This document shows, in pieces, positions 1-7,525 of a stretch of DNA of 64,000 nucleotides. The translations under genes were made by a program, and so were the position numbers. Positions within the stretch are counted from its first letter, which is position 1. Each line of letters starts with the position of its first letter. The notes under the pieces were generated by a model. The model made no database searches, had not been told where the DNA came from, and saw only the letters and a program-made list of their open reading frames with translations. Location: positions 186,001-250,000 of IMG/VR virus record IMGVR_UViG_3300028840_008185; one strand, written 5' to 3'.

Positions 1-38
1 CCACGCCGTGGCCACCATACTTGTAAACGCCCATCTTT

Positions 39-362
39 TCACCATCCTCTCTCGTGCAGTGCAGTCTCCAGCCGATTCCGCACGCCGTTCCAATAGTCCC
101 AATCCTTCGCCCAGTCTCTGCTCAGTTCCTCGATTGTCGAGTCACCCAGAGGGCTATAGGGATGGTAATTCCAGCGGTTGTCCTCCTCGCCAAAGTCCAC
201 GCCCATACCACCCTCGGTTAGGAGCTTCTGCGCCTCCTCTTTCGAGAGAACGTAGGGGGAGCAGCCGTTGAAGATCATCCAGTCCCAATGGTCAACGTCA
301 ACAGCCCAGACACCACCCGGATGGTTATGGTCACCAGCGAGAAAGATTTTCTTGTCGGACAT
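39..362 (-). CDS. hypothetical protein (107 aa)
   Basis: ORF with GGAGG SD; tightly packed with neighbours. Confidence 0.75.
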   Translation of the reverse strand: MSDKKIFLAGDHNHPGGVWAVDVDHWDWMIFNGCSPYVLSKEEAQKLLTEGGMGVDFGEEDNRWNYHPYSPLGDSTIEELSRDWAKDWDYWNGVRNRLETALHERGW

Positions 363-364
363 GC

Positions 365-703
365 TTATACCTCCTCGACGAAGAACTCGTTGTATATCGC
401 ATCATCATCCCAACGCCCTTGGGCATCAAGACAGGTTCGGCTGTAGAGCACAACCTCATGCTGGGGGAAGCGAGCCTTCCACTTGCGAGCCTGAGCCCTC
501 ATCTCCTCCAACGTCCCCGCGCAAGGTTGGTGCATGTCGCAAGCCCAGTCGAAGTCCTCGTCATTATCGGTCAACGACGGCAGGTGGCAAGGGGAAATAC
601 CATCAGCCTCAAAGGTGTAACGCTGACCGTAGAGCGCGTTATGAGCATGAGCCCACTTCGCCGTGCCCCAGGAATTCATGAGGTCTTCTTGTGTATACTT
701 CAT
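365..703 (-). CDS. hypothetical protein (112 aa)
   Basis: ORF, ATGA overlap with upstream gene, GGAGAG SD. Confidence 0.75.
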   Translation of the reverse strand: MKYTQEDLMNSWGTAKWAHAHNALYGQRYTFEADGISPCHLPSLTDNDEDFDWACDMHQPCAGTLEEMRAQARKWKARFPQHEVVLYSRTCLDAQGRWDDDAIYNEFFVEEV

Positions 704-957
704 TGTCTCTCCTCCCAGAGCTTTACGTGAGCGTCGTAGTAGTCCTCGCGGCGGTGGTGAGAAGTGAATTCCTTCCAGCCGTCCTGGTAGTCACGAGTCA
801 GAGCCTCTCGCCAGGTAATCTCTGGGGGCAGCACTGACCAGTCCACCTTGCCCATAGCGAAAGCACAGTCAGCAAGGCGCACAGCACCAAGTCCATGCCG
901 CGAGTAGCAGATCCCTGCGTGCTTCCATCCCAGCTTGTAGAGGTCAGAACGCATCAT
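700..957 (-). CDS. hypothetical protein (MMRSDLYKLGW...)
   Basis: Start reassigned to ATG 957 (AAGGAG SD, ATGA overlap with upstream stop). Confidence 0.7.
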   Translation of the reverse strand: MMRSDLYKLGWKHAGICYSRHGLGAVRLADCAFAMGKVDWSVLPPEITWREALTRDYQDGWKEFTSHHRREDYYDAHVKLWEERQ

Positions 958-1199
958 TTCTCCTTGATGTCGAACTTGTCGAGAAGGTCGCTGATCAGAC
1001 CATTGCAACCGTGCTCGCCCAAGTCATAGTCCACGAGAATGTCGTAGAGCTTGTTCCGTACTTCGTTGTCCTTGTCACACAAGCAGGACGCTCGCTTGCA
1101 GTCGAGGCAGATGTGCTTCGCTCCACACCAGCACTGTAGACGGGGAGCACTGCAATAGAGGCAGTTTCCCTGCTCGTCGCAAGTCGGGAACCTCATCAC
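954..1199 (-). CDS. small Cys-rich, probable zinc-binding protein
   Basis: CLYC, CWCG, CLDC, CLC motifs; stop/start overlaps. Confidence 0.65.
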   Translation of the reverse strand: MMRFPTCDEQGNCLYCSAPRLQCWCGAKHICLDCKRASCLCDKDNEVRNKLYDILVDYDLGEHGCNGLISDLLDKFDIKEK

Positions 1200-1351
1200 T
1201 CATCCCCGTCCTTCGCGACCTTGTGGTGGTCGCAGATGCACTTGTCACCCACCTTCTTCACCTTCCCCTTGGGGATGGCCTTCCGGCAGATGTAGCAGTA
1301 GGAACCGGACAGCTTGATTCTCAGGCGCTGCTTGTAGGGAACCAGCGGCAT
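1196..1351 (-). CDS. small zinc-finger-like protein (MPLVPYKQ..., 51 aa)
   Basis: GGAGG SD before ATG 1351; CYIC...CICDHH. Confidence 0.65.
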   Translation of the reverse strand: MPLVPYKQRLRIKLSGSYCYICRKAIPKGKVKKVGDKCICDHHKVAKDGDE

Positions 1352-1389
1352 ATCTTTCCTCCGTTGTTTTGGGTTTTGTCCTTCAAACT

Positions 1390-1553
1390 TGGTAGTACGA
1401 GCTGGATTCGAACCTGCATCTCCTAGGATGACTGCCCTCGTCACCACCCCTACCTCCTCCATCAGCTCAGTCCGCAGAACCAATGGGGGTTTCAGAGTAA
1501 TGGCTCAAACAGCCAGCGGACACCTAGGCGTCTTACCATTAGACCATCGCACA
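1390..1553 (-). ncRNA. tRNA-like RNA 1; anticodon loop replaced by a 97-nt insert
   Basis: Acceptor TGTGCGA/TCGTACT plus A-CCA; D arm GTCT-AATGGTA-AGAC; stem CCTAG/CTAGG; T arm GCAGG-TTCGAAT-CCAGC. Confidence 0.85.
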
Positions 1554-1558
1554 TATCT

Positions 1559-1699
1559 TGGCTGCGTGTGTTGGACTCGAACCAACATCTCCCGGAACAG
1601 CCATGCCTACCTCCTCACCTATGCACCCACGACATAGGCAAGGGCTCAGCATGACTGGTGGGTTTCCTCCGGGCGTCTTGCCAATTAGACCACCACGCC
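1559..1699 (-). ncRNA. tRNA-like RNA 2; anticodon loop replaced by a 73-nt insert
   Basis: Acceptor GGCGTGG/ACACGCA plus G-CCA; D arm GTCT-AATTGGCA-AGAC; stem CCCGG/CCGGG; T arm GTTGG-TTCGAGT-CCAAC. Confidence 0.85.
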
Positions 1700-1800
1700 G
1701 TATGTTGCTATACCTCAAAACGAAAACCAAAACACTTCATCGGACTCTCCGTTTCGCTGCCCCCCGACAATGGGCAACGCAGAAAGAGGTTTGAGGTTTG

Positions 1801-1830
1801 GGCTCTCCGAGCCCTGAAGCCCGGAGAGCC
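1801..1830 (-). terminator. GC-rich hairpin downstream of 1840..2070, possible terminator or processing site
   Basis: 9-bp inverted repeat ggctctccg/cggagagcc; no clear U-tract. Confidence 0.35.
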
Positions 1831-1839
1831 ACTGTTCCT

Positions 1840-2070
1840 TTACTCCTTGGCCTCCTTGCTCCCGATGACCGTCAGGTTCAGCCCGAGCTGGAGGGGAACC
1901 ACCACCCCGTCCACCACCACGCTCACCTTGCCGGTGGCGTAGTAGCCCACGGAACCGCTGCTGAACGAGCGGGGGCTGAGGTCGAAGGTCTGACCGGCGA
2001 CCTCCACCGTCATGGACTGCGCACCGCTGAGGAAATCCTTCTTCTTGATGGGACATGCTTTCTTGGCCAT
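1840..2070 (-). CDS. small conserved-looking beta-rich protein (MAKKACPIK...FSSGSVGYYATGK...LNLTVIGSK)
   Basis: AAGGAG SD before ATG 2070; strong coding bias. Confidence 0.8.
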   Translation of the reverse strand: MAKKACPIKKKDFLSGAQSMTVEVAGQTFDLSPRSFSSGSVGYYATGKVSVVVDGVVVPLQLGLNLTVIGSKEAKE

Positions 2071-2098
2071 TTTGCTTCTCCTTTGCTGTTGGTTGATA

Positions 2099-2524
2099 CT
2101 ACAGGTTGATGTCATCACAGCTTCTTACAGCCGTGAACGGAAAACCGTTATAGTCTCTTGGACCGAGTTGCGTATTATATTTGCTGATGCTATAGTTGCC
2201 CCCACGAACCACGACCCACATCACCTTGGACCGAACATACTCAAGTCCAGGGTTCTTCTCGGTGGGGTCAGTCTCGCAGAACTCACCAGTGAGGCCAGGG
2301 TTGGACTCCACGAAGTTCCAGAAGGAATCGCTCTCGGAGAGAACGTAGAACACATCGCCCTCTGGAATCTCCATGCTGATGCGCTGAAGGTCACCACGGC
2401 TCAAGTCACCCCAGCCGATCTTCTCACCCTTGGCGTTATACCAACCGCCGTTGTGGATGAAGTCATCAGCCCGCATCTGACCATCACCACGAAGTCCATA
2501 CTTCTCAAGGTCGCTTGTGTTCAT
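2099..2524 (-). CDS. hypothetical protein (141 aa)
   Basis: ORF packing, SD. Confidence 0.75.
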   Translation of the reverse strand: MNTSDLEKYGLRGDGQMRADDFIHNGGWYNAKGEKIGWGDLSRGDLQRISMEIPEGDVFYVLSESDSFWNFVESNPGLTGEFCETDPTEKNPGLEYVRSKVMWVVVRGGNYSISKYNTQLGPRDYNGFPFTAVRSCDDINL

Positions 2525-2525
2525 C

Positions 2526-2984
2526 TTATGGCTCCATCCTTGAGAGACAATCTGCCATCATCTCTCGGTGTTCGATCCAGTCTTGACTCCACACATGGTC
2601 GGTGAGAGGGCGACATCGATCCGCCAGAGCTTTCAGCCTCTTGGCGTGACCAAAGTTGCGGCTTCGTAGCTCCCACTTGGCCTCGCTGGCAATCTCATCC
2701 ACGCACCACTGGAAGTCTTTTCTCGCTTCCATCGCCTTGATGTGGTTGTCAACCTGACCATGACGCTGCATGATGCGGACCCTCTCCTGGTTGAGAGTGT
2801 CGAGCTTGTCGGAGACGCACATCAGGTTGCTCCAGCCATCACGATCCCTACTGGAGTTGCGCCCAGCGAGATACCACTCGCCGTCGTTACCAACCAGCAA
2901 GTCGCTGTGATCCTTCCAGTCGTAGACGACATGAGCACGAACCTCATCGATAGTCATGCAACTATCGGGATACAGATTGACCAT
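2526..2984 (-). CDS. hypothetical protein with coiled-coil segment
   Basis: GAGGAGGAGG SD before ATG 2984. Confidence 0.75.
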   Translation of the reverse strand: MVNLYPDSCMTIDEVRAHVVYDWKDHSDLLVGNDGEWYLAGRNSSRDRDGWSNLMCVSDKLDTLNQERVRIMQRHGQVDNHIKAMEARKDFQWCVDEIASEAKWELRSRNFGHAKRLKALADRCRPLTDHVWSQDWIEHREMMADCLSRMEP

Positions 2985-2998
2985 GGCTCCTCCTCCTC

Positions 2999-3301
2999 TT
3001 AGTAGTGACCTACGTAAGGCCACCGAGTCTCATTGATGATGTGGATGCTAGTCTCCCAGGTCGGTTGATCAAGCTCGTAGTCCCACTCGGAACCCTCACC
3101 AGTGCTCCGCTTCACCAACCTACCATCGGGCAGAATCCCAATCGCAAACTGGTGAGAAGCATTGTGGCCAACCCGGTGAAACTCCACTTCAACCGCCACG
3201 CCATCTACCACCATAACATCGGTGAGAATGTGGTAGTTGTGGTAGCGCTCCTTGGCGTCTTCAACGAGATGGTCAAATATTTCCTGGGAGGTTTCGCTCA
3301 T
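2999..3301 (-). CDS. hypothetical protein (100 aa)
   Basis: GAGGAG SD. Confidence 0.75.
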   Translation of the reverse strand: MSETSQEIFDHLVEDAKERYHNYHILTDVMVVDGVAVEVEFHRVGHNASHQFAIGILPDGRLVKRSTGEGSEWDYELDQPTWETSIHIINETRWPYVGHY

Positions 3302-3304
3302 TTG

Positions 3305-3463
3305 CTATCTCCTCTTGTCCGTTAGTTTCGGGGGCCACTGGCCAGCCACTCTGTCGTATCCCTGGAAAGGCCACACATCAGCTTCAAGAATGTCCAGAGC
3401 CTCACCCTCCAAGTCCACATCTTTCTCGGGGATAGGGACCAGCTTGTGTTTGGCCTTCTTCAT
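3305..3463 (-). CDS. hypothetical protein (MKKAKHKLVP..., 52 aa; not in ORF track)
   Basis: Hand translation fills the gap between neighbours exactly. Confidence 0.6.
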   Translation of the reverse strand: MKKAKHKLVPIPEKDVDLEGEALDILEADVWPFQGYDRVAGQWPPKLTDKRR

Positions 3464-3466
3464 CTC

Positions 3467-3856
3467 TCAGTCACCGCATTTCGGGCAGGCAGGAGTTATG
3501 TCCGTGAAACCATTGGGCAGTGGGTTATTGGCTCTGGCGACCCAATCACTCACATTCCCATACTTCTCCAACACCTCGGCTGGGGTCATGCACCACTTCG
3601 GGTACCTACAGTCGGAGCAGAGGTAACCGAGCGGTCTGCCGTAGCCAGCAACGATGTCACCGAGAGTGGTGCCGTCTATGAAGGGAAGGATGGCGTCTGG
3701 AAGGCACAAGAACTCTGGGCCATTCTTCACGTAGAGGGAGAGCCCAACCACAACATCCTGAGCCAGATCCTCTTGGTCGTGACCTCTGGTGCCGTACCTA
3801 TCATCGGACAGGATTTGCTGAATCATATCCCTAACGCCGCTTCTTGTGATGAGCAT
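3467..3856 (-). CDS. hypothetical protein with CxxC pairs (CSDC, CPKC)
   Basis: ORF packing; start may be MIQQ at 3826. Confidence 0.7.
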   Translation of the reverse strand: MLITRSGVRDMIQQILSDDRYGTRGHDQEDLAQDVVVGLSLYVKNGPEFLCLPDAILPFIDGTTLGDIVAGYGRPLGYLCSDCRYPKWCMTPAEVLEKYGNVSDWVARANNPLPNGFTDITPACPKCGD

Positions 3857-3859
3857 CTT

Positions 3860-4102
3860 CTACTCCTTGATGTGCATGACGTTGAACATCTGGAACTGCG
3901 GCGGACCCTCACCAACCCAGACGCCATCGAACGGTCGGAGCCAATCCTTCACAGCATCCTCCGTTCCTTCCACCGCGATGTGCTGCCCCGTGATGCGTCG
4001 GTTGCTGTCAGTCACAATGGTCACCTCTTCCCAATCGGCAAGCACCGTAATGTTATCCGGAACGGGAAGCATTTCTGGCATAGCAAGCAAGTGTATTTGC
4101 AT
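3860..4102 (-). CDS. hypothetical protein (MQIHLLAM...)
   Basis: AGGAG SD before ATG 4102. Confidence 0.7.
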   Translation of the reverse strand: MQIHLLAMPEMLPVPDNITVLADWEEVTIVTDSNRRITGQHIAVEGTEDAVKDWLRPFDGVWVGEGPPQFQMFNVMHIKE

Positions 4103-4106
4103 CGTC

Positions 4107-4307
4107 TTAGCTCCTATACCACCACGAGGCATCCACCGTGATTACTCCGTTCTCATCGGGGCCGTTCATCGGGCAGTGCTCAAAGCCACCGTGGAGATCC
4201 ACCAGGGCGTAAGCACGAGTCTTTGCGCCGCCCTTGGTGTCATGTCCATACTCCACTGTCTTCTTTGGTCCCCTGATGAAGACCACCCTGAACGGCTTGT
4301 TGCTCAT
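4107..4307 (-). CDS. hypothetical protein (MSNKPFRVV...)
   Basis: GGAGG SD before ATG 4307. Confidence 0.7.
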   Translation of the reverse strand: MSNKPFRVVFIRGPKKTVEYGHDTKGGAKTRAYALVDLHGGFEHCPMNGPDENGVITVDASWWYRS

Positions 4308-4352
4308 CGTCTTGTCTCCTCCGAAAGCTTCCAGTAGCGACATTTCAATCCC

Positions 4353-4772
4353 CTACTTGTTGTACCAGACTACGTGAGTGAACCGCTCATCCCAGAGCCC
4401 ACCACGGACATCACTTGGATGCACCTTGATGTCGGAGACTTGGAGATCCGTGGCATACTCCCCAAAGCCGTCGTCATCGATGAACATTCCATCGACACAG
4501 TGGCGGGTAAACTCCTCACGGGTCATGTGGTCGCCGTAGTCGGGAATGGACTCCCACTTGATGGGGTCGGGACCAACCTCCACCTTCAAGTTGGTCGCCT
4601 TGAGGAAGAACACAATCTCCTCATCCAGCCGCTTCCACAACTCCAGGGCTGAGGGCACACCACACTCCACCAAGTCCATCACAGACTCGCGCCGCTTCTC
4701 CAGCCACTCCACGGGGTTGATCTCCCCCTCTTTCCAGGTGTCCAGCAGATTCTCACGCAGTCTGTCTTTCAT
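4353..4772 (-). CDS. hypothetical protein (139 aa)
   Basis: ORF, ATGA overlap. Confidence 0.75.
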   Translation of the reverse strand: MKDRLRENLLDTWKEGEINPVEWLEKRRESVMDLVECGVPSALELWKRLDEEIVFFLKATNLKVEVGPDPIKWESIPDYGDHMTREEFTRHCVDGMFIDDDGFGEYATDLQVSDIKVHPSDVRGGLWDERFTHVVWYNK

Positions 4773-4882
4773 TGATCCTCAACCTTTCCCCGACAGGCTT
4801 TCTTGTCGGCTTCTTTCTTTTGGTCCGTATGTCTACCACTTCCGCCGTGCTGAAATGCTGCCACGGCGATATGGTTTCTCAC
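4769..4882 (-). CDS. small basic protein (MRNHIAVAAFQH..., 37 aa; not in ORF track)
   Basis: GTG start, open frame ends in an ATGA overlap with 4353..4772. Confidence 0.5.
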   Translation of the reverse strand: MRNHIAVAAFQHGGSGRHTDQKKEADKKACRGKVEDQ

Positions 4883-4883
4883 G

Positions 4884-5141
4884 TTAGGCTTTCTCTTTCT
4901 CCCACGGCGCTTTCGGCGGCGGTTCCTCTTCTTGGACATCTACCCATCGCTCCTCGTAGTGCTCAATGTCAAACCGCATGTCCCACATTTCAGCGCAACG
5001 CTGACACATCGTCTTGTCGTCACGGATGTAGGCATCGCAGAAAGTCTCAACTCCACAAACCATGCAGGGCTGAAGAGGCTTACGCTGCTTAGCTCGAATC
5101 TGCTCCCGACGCTTCTTGCGGTTGTGCTTGTCCCAAGGCAT
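4884..5141 (-). CDS. basic protein with CxxC zinc ribbon (CMVC...CQRC)
   Basis: Start at MPWD just after upstream stop. Confidence 0.7.
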   Translation of the reverse strand: MPWDKHNRKKRREQIRAKQRKPLQPCMVCGVETFCDAYIRDDKTMCQRCAEMWDMRFDIEHYEERWVDVQEEEPPPKAPWEKEKA

Positions 5142-5142
5142 A

Positions 5143-5304
5143 TTAGCGCAGCTTCTCGCCGTTGAGAGCACGGGCAGCCAGCCTCGCCCTGTCCATCACC
5201 ACGTCAGCCGTATACTCCACGTCGTGGTGATACTGGTCATACGCCGTGTAAGCACCGAACGTTGCCAGAGCCAATACAGTAACCACCAAAAACGTCTTGA
5301 ACAT
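5143..5304 (-). CDS. small membrane-anchored or secreted protein (MFKTFLVVTVLALA...)
   Basis: GAGGAG SD; N-terminal hydrophobic helix. Confidence 0.7.
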   Translation of the reverse strand: MFKTFLVVTVLALATFGAYTAYDQYHHDVEYTADVVMDRARLAARALNGEKLR

Positions 5305-5407
5305 GAGTCTCTCCTCTTGTTGTCTTGGCGCATTGCTCAAGCGCCTTTGGCGCAACCAGCTTGGTCCCAAGACCACCATGCTAGCTGGTTGCTGTGGTGC
5401 GGTGTTG

Positions 5408-5794
5408 CTAGAAACAACTTCGTAGTGCTCCAGTCCCGAAGCACATTGTCCCGTTCGTGTTTGTGTAGACGGTGGAGTTGCTGTCATAGGTCCAGTGGTT
5501 GTAGTCTTTGTCGGTGCCGTATGAAGTGCCATCGTCGTTGTAGGTGCCACTCCACATGCTTCCAGTGTTGAAGTTGTGACCCCTGACTTCGGTCCTGTCG
5601 CTGTACGTGTCCACGTCGTAGAAGTTGCCAGAGTTGTAGTCATACGACGTGCTGTAGAGCGGGGTCGTAGTGGTCGGCACGATGCTGTCACAGCCGATGC
5701 AGGTGGTGCTGAAGCCGTCAAGCCAGTCTGCCTGCACGTTGCCAGCACAGAACACCATTGCCACGAATGCCAGAATTGCCACGATTGCCTTCAT
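5408..5794 (-). CDS. secreted Ser/Thr/Tyr-rich protein
   Basis: Signal peptide MKAIVAILAFVAMVFCAGNVQA; AAGGAG SD. Confidence 0.8.
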   Translation of the reverse strand: MKAIVAILAFVAMVFCAGNVQADWLDGFSTTCIGCDSIVPTTTTPLYSTSYDYNSGNFYDVDTYSDRTEVRGHNFNTGSMWSGTYNDDGTSYGTDKDYNHWTYDSNSTVYTNTNGTMCFGTGALRSCF

Positions 5795-5830
5795 TTGTCT
5801 CTCTCCTTGTTGGTTGTTGACTCCGATATG

Positions 5831-6154
5831 TTACAGCCCCAAACAGGCTGCCGGTAGAATTCCGTTAACTATGTTGCTGCAACTATTATTACGAAGTGCG
5901 TCCAGACATGCATCCCACTCTTCCACTGTAGGCTGGTTTGTCACCATCTGCCCACACTTCCCAGCGTCCATGCAGCAACCACCCATGAACACATTTACGC
6001 ACTCGTCGAAGTTGACAGATGAGTTACACTCCATCACCCGCTGACAAGTTGCCATGCCACTCTCGTAACAGACATCTTGGGCTGTCTCCGGTAGCTCACC
6101 GCCACCACACGCCGAGACTGCGAACACCAGAAGAATTGCTACGATTGCCTTCAT
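5831..6154 (-). CDS. Cys-rich lipoprotein
   Basis: MKAIVAILLVFAVSA-C lipobox; multiple further Cys. Confidence 0.8.
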   Translation of the reverse strand: MKAIVAILLVFAVSACGGGELPETAQDVCYESGMATCQRVMECNSSVNFDECVNVFMGGCCMDAGKCGQMVTNQPTVEEWDACLDALRNNSCSNIVNGILPAACLGL

Positions 6155-6178
6155 CTATCTTCTCCCTGTTTGGGTTGT

Positions 6179-6502
6179 TTAGAACATCCTGATTTCACGG
6201 TTGCCAGACTCATCCACCTCATACACCTTCCAGAAGCCACTTGGGAACACCTCGTAAATTGCGTCGAGAATCTGCTCCCTTGAAGCGTCTACATCCACCT
6301 CAGCCACCTTGTCATCGGGACCGCACATCACTGGACCCAAGTAGACGTTGAAGAACCGCTTGCCAGTCTTAGCCCGAGATGCCGCCATCACATCGTCAGC
6401 CACCACACAACCCTTGGAGTAGGTCACACAACCGGGCTTCACCCAATGACCGTCACCATCCTGCGTGTAACCCTTGGCAATCAACTGGCTTCTCAACGTC
6501 AT
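6179..6502 (-). CDS. hypothetical protein (107 aa)
   Basis: GGAGG SD. Confidence 0.75.
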   Translation of the reverse strand: MTLRSQLIAKGYTQDGDGHWVKPGCVTYSKGCVVADDVMAASRAKTGKRFFNVYLGPVMCGPDDKVAEVDVDASREQILDAIYEVFPSGFWKVYEVDESGNREIRMF

Positions 6503-6505
6503 GGC

Positions 6506-6859
6506 TTACCTCCTCCAATCGGGGTTGATCTCATCACGCAGAGCGTGCCAGTCACCATCCAGCTCCACCAACCGCTCGCACTGTTCTTCCGTGAGCCAGT
6601 TGATGCTGCACTCCCAGGTCACGTCTCCACCCTTGTGGTAGGTGGTGCGAGTCACGAACCGACCGTCGAAGCCCCAGCACACCGTGGTCCGGTTGCCCCA
6701 CACATGGATACGCACCGACTTGTCCATTTCACCAGTGATCCTGCGAACGTCGTTGTTCCAGTAATACTCGACAACCTGGAAGCCCTGCTCTGGTGTGGGC
6801 ATACTGTCGAGAGCCGACTTGAGCGCGTCGATGACTGTGTTGATGGCGTCGTTATCCAT
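6506..6859 (-). CDS. hypothetical protein (117 aa)
   Basis: ORF with SD. Confidence 0.75.
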   Translation of the reverse strand: MDNDAINTVIDALKSALDSMPTPEQGFQVVEYYWNNDVRRITGEMDKSVRIHVWGNRTTVCWGFDGRFVTRTTYHKGGDVTWECSINWLTEEQCERLVELDGDWHALRDEINPDWRR

Positions 6860-6934
6860 GGCACGTAGCTCCGTTTTTGATACGGTGTTTGGTGGAATTT
6901 TTGCTGGTACTTAAGTCAGGATTTGGGTTTCTGG

Positions 6935-7135
6935 CTAGACCTTCTGAAGTCTAGTTCGCCGCAACTTCTTGGGTCGCTTGAACGTCACAATGTAGCAATC
7001 CTCATCGCGGTCCATCTCCACCACTTCCCACCCCTTTGAGCCATAACCATTGAGCCAGTTACGTAGCTTGTGGGTGTCGAGAATGATACGAGACTTGAAC
7101 ATGAACCGCTCTACAGTGTATTCCCACTTGGTCAT
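6935..7135 (-). CDS. DUF4177-like small protein
   Basis: KWEY...LNGYGSKGWEVV...FKR pattern typical of DUF4177. Confidence 0.7.
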   Translation of the reverse strand: MTKWEYTVERFMFKSRIILDTHKLRNWLNGYGSKGWEVVEMDRDEDCYIVTFKRPKKLRRTRLQKV

Positions 7136-7170
7136 TTAGCTCTCCGGTGACACGGTGTTTTGGCAAAAAC

Positions 7171-7316
7171 TGGTCTGGGGTCTGAGCACCCCTGGTCGGC
7201 GCTATTTCCCCAATGATTCCCCAGGTTTCCAGCGCCCCTCCTCGGTTGGGAAACCATAACTACTTGAAACAACAGACCATTCAGGTGGCGCCCAAGTCCA
7301 GGGGACACGGCGCCCA
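7171..7316 (-). ncRNA. candidate structured RNA with H-type pseudoknot
   Basis: Outer stem TGGTCTG/CAGACCA; crossing stems GGTTTCC/GGAAACC and GGCGCT/AGCGCC; extra hairpins; followed by GTTTTT. Confidence 0.5.
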
Positions 7317-7320
7317 TCCC

Positions 7321-7515
7321 TCAGTCCCAAGAGTTGTAGTAAGCGTTGTCCTCACCGTCAGACTCACGCTCCACAACGGGCGGGGAGGAGTGAGTGTTGT
7401 AGAAGTAGTAGTAGCAGAAGTAGTTGTGACACTCCCACATACCACCGATGCTGCACTCCATCCAGACCAGCGGAGTGTCGCACTCACCACAGACCTTGAC
7501 CATCTTCTTGCTCAT
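7321..7515 (-). CDS. small zinc-ribbon protein (MSKKMVKVCGEC...), Tyr-rich C-terminal half
   Basis: AAGGAGGAG SD directly after the mini-tRNA CCA; CGEC, CSIG, CHNYFC. Confidence 0.7.
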   Translation of the reverse strand: MSKKMVKVCGECDTPLVWMECSIGGMWECHNYFCYYYFYNTHSSPPVVERESDGEDNAYYNSWD

Positions 7516-7525
7516 CACTCCTCCT

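Noticed and set aside
1390-1699. Canonical tRNAs with group I or bulge-helix-bulge introns
   Set aside because: Inserts (73 and 97 nt) are too short for group I cores. Excision at 32/33, 33/34 or 37/38 gives no loop with Y32-U33 and purine 37 in either element.
1390-1699. tmRNA
   Set aside because: Has a full D stem, lacks the Ala acceptor (G3-U70), and is far shorter than tmRNA.
1725-1795. Hammerhead ribozyme (GAAAC and CCGATGA nearby)
   Set aside because: Core reads CCGATGA rather than CTGANGA, and there is no room for the required stems.
5143-5748. 201-aa ORF and other long upstream extensions in the track (8431..9063, 33300..34151, 47353..48654)
   Set aside because: The extensions overlap other real genes in a different frame. 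SD-supported internal starts were used instead.
7171-7316. HDV-like ribozyme, or the 61-aa ORF 7132..7317
   Set aside because: No P3/L3/P1.1 or catalytic J4/2 consensus. The ORF lacks coding character and is better explained by RNA structure.
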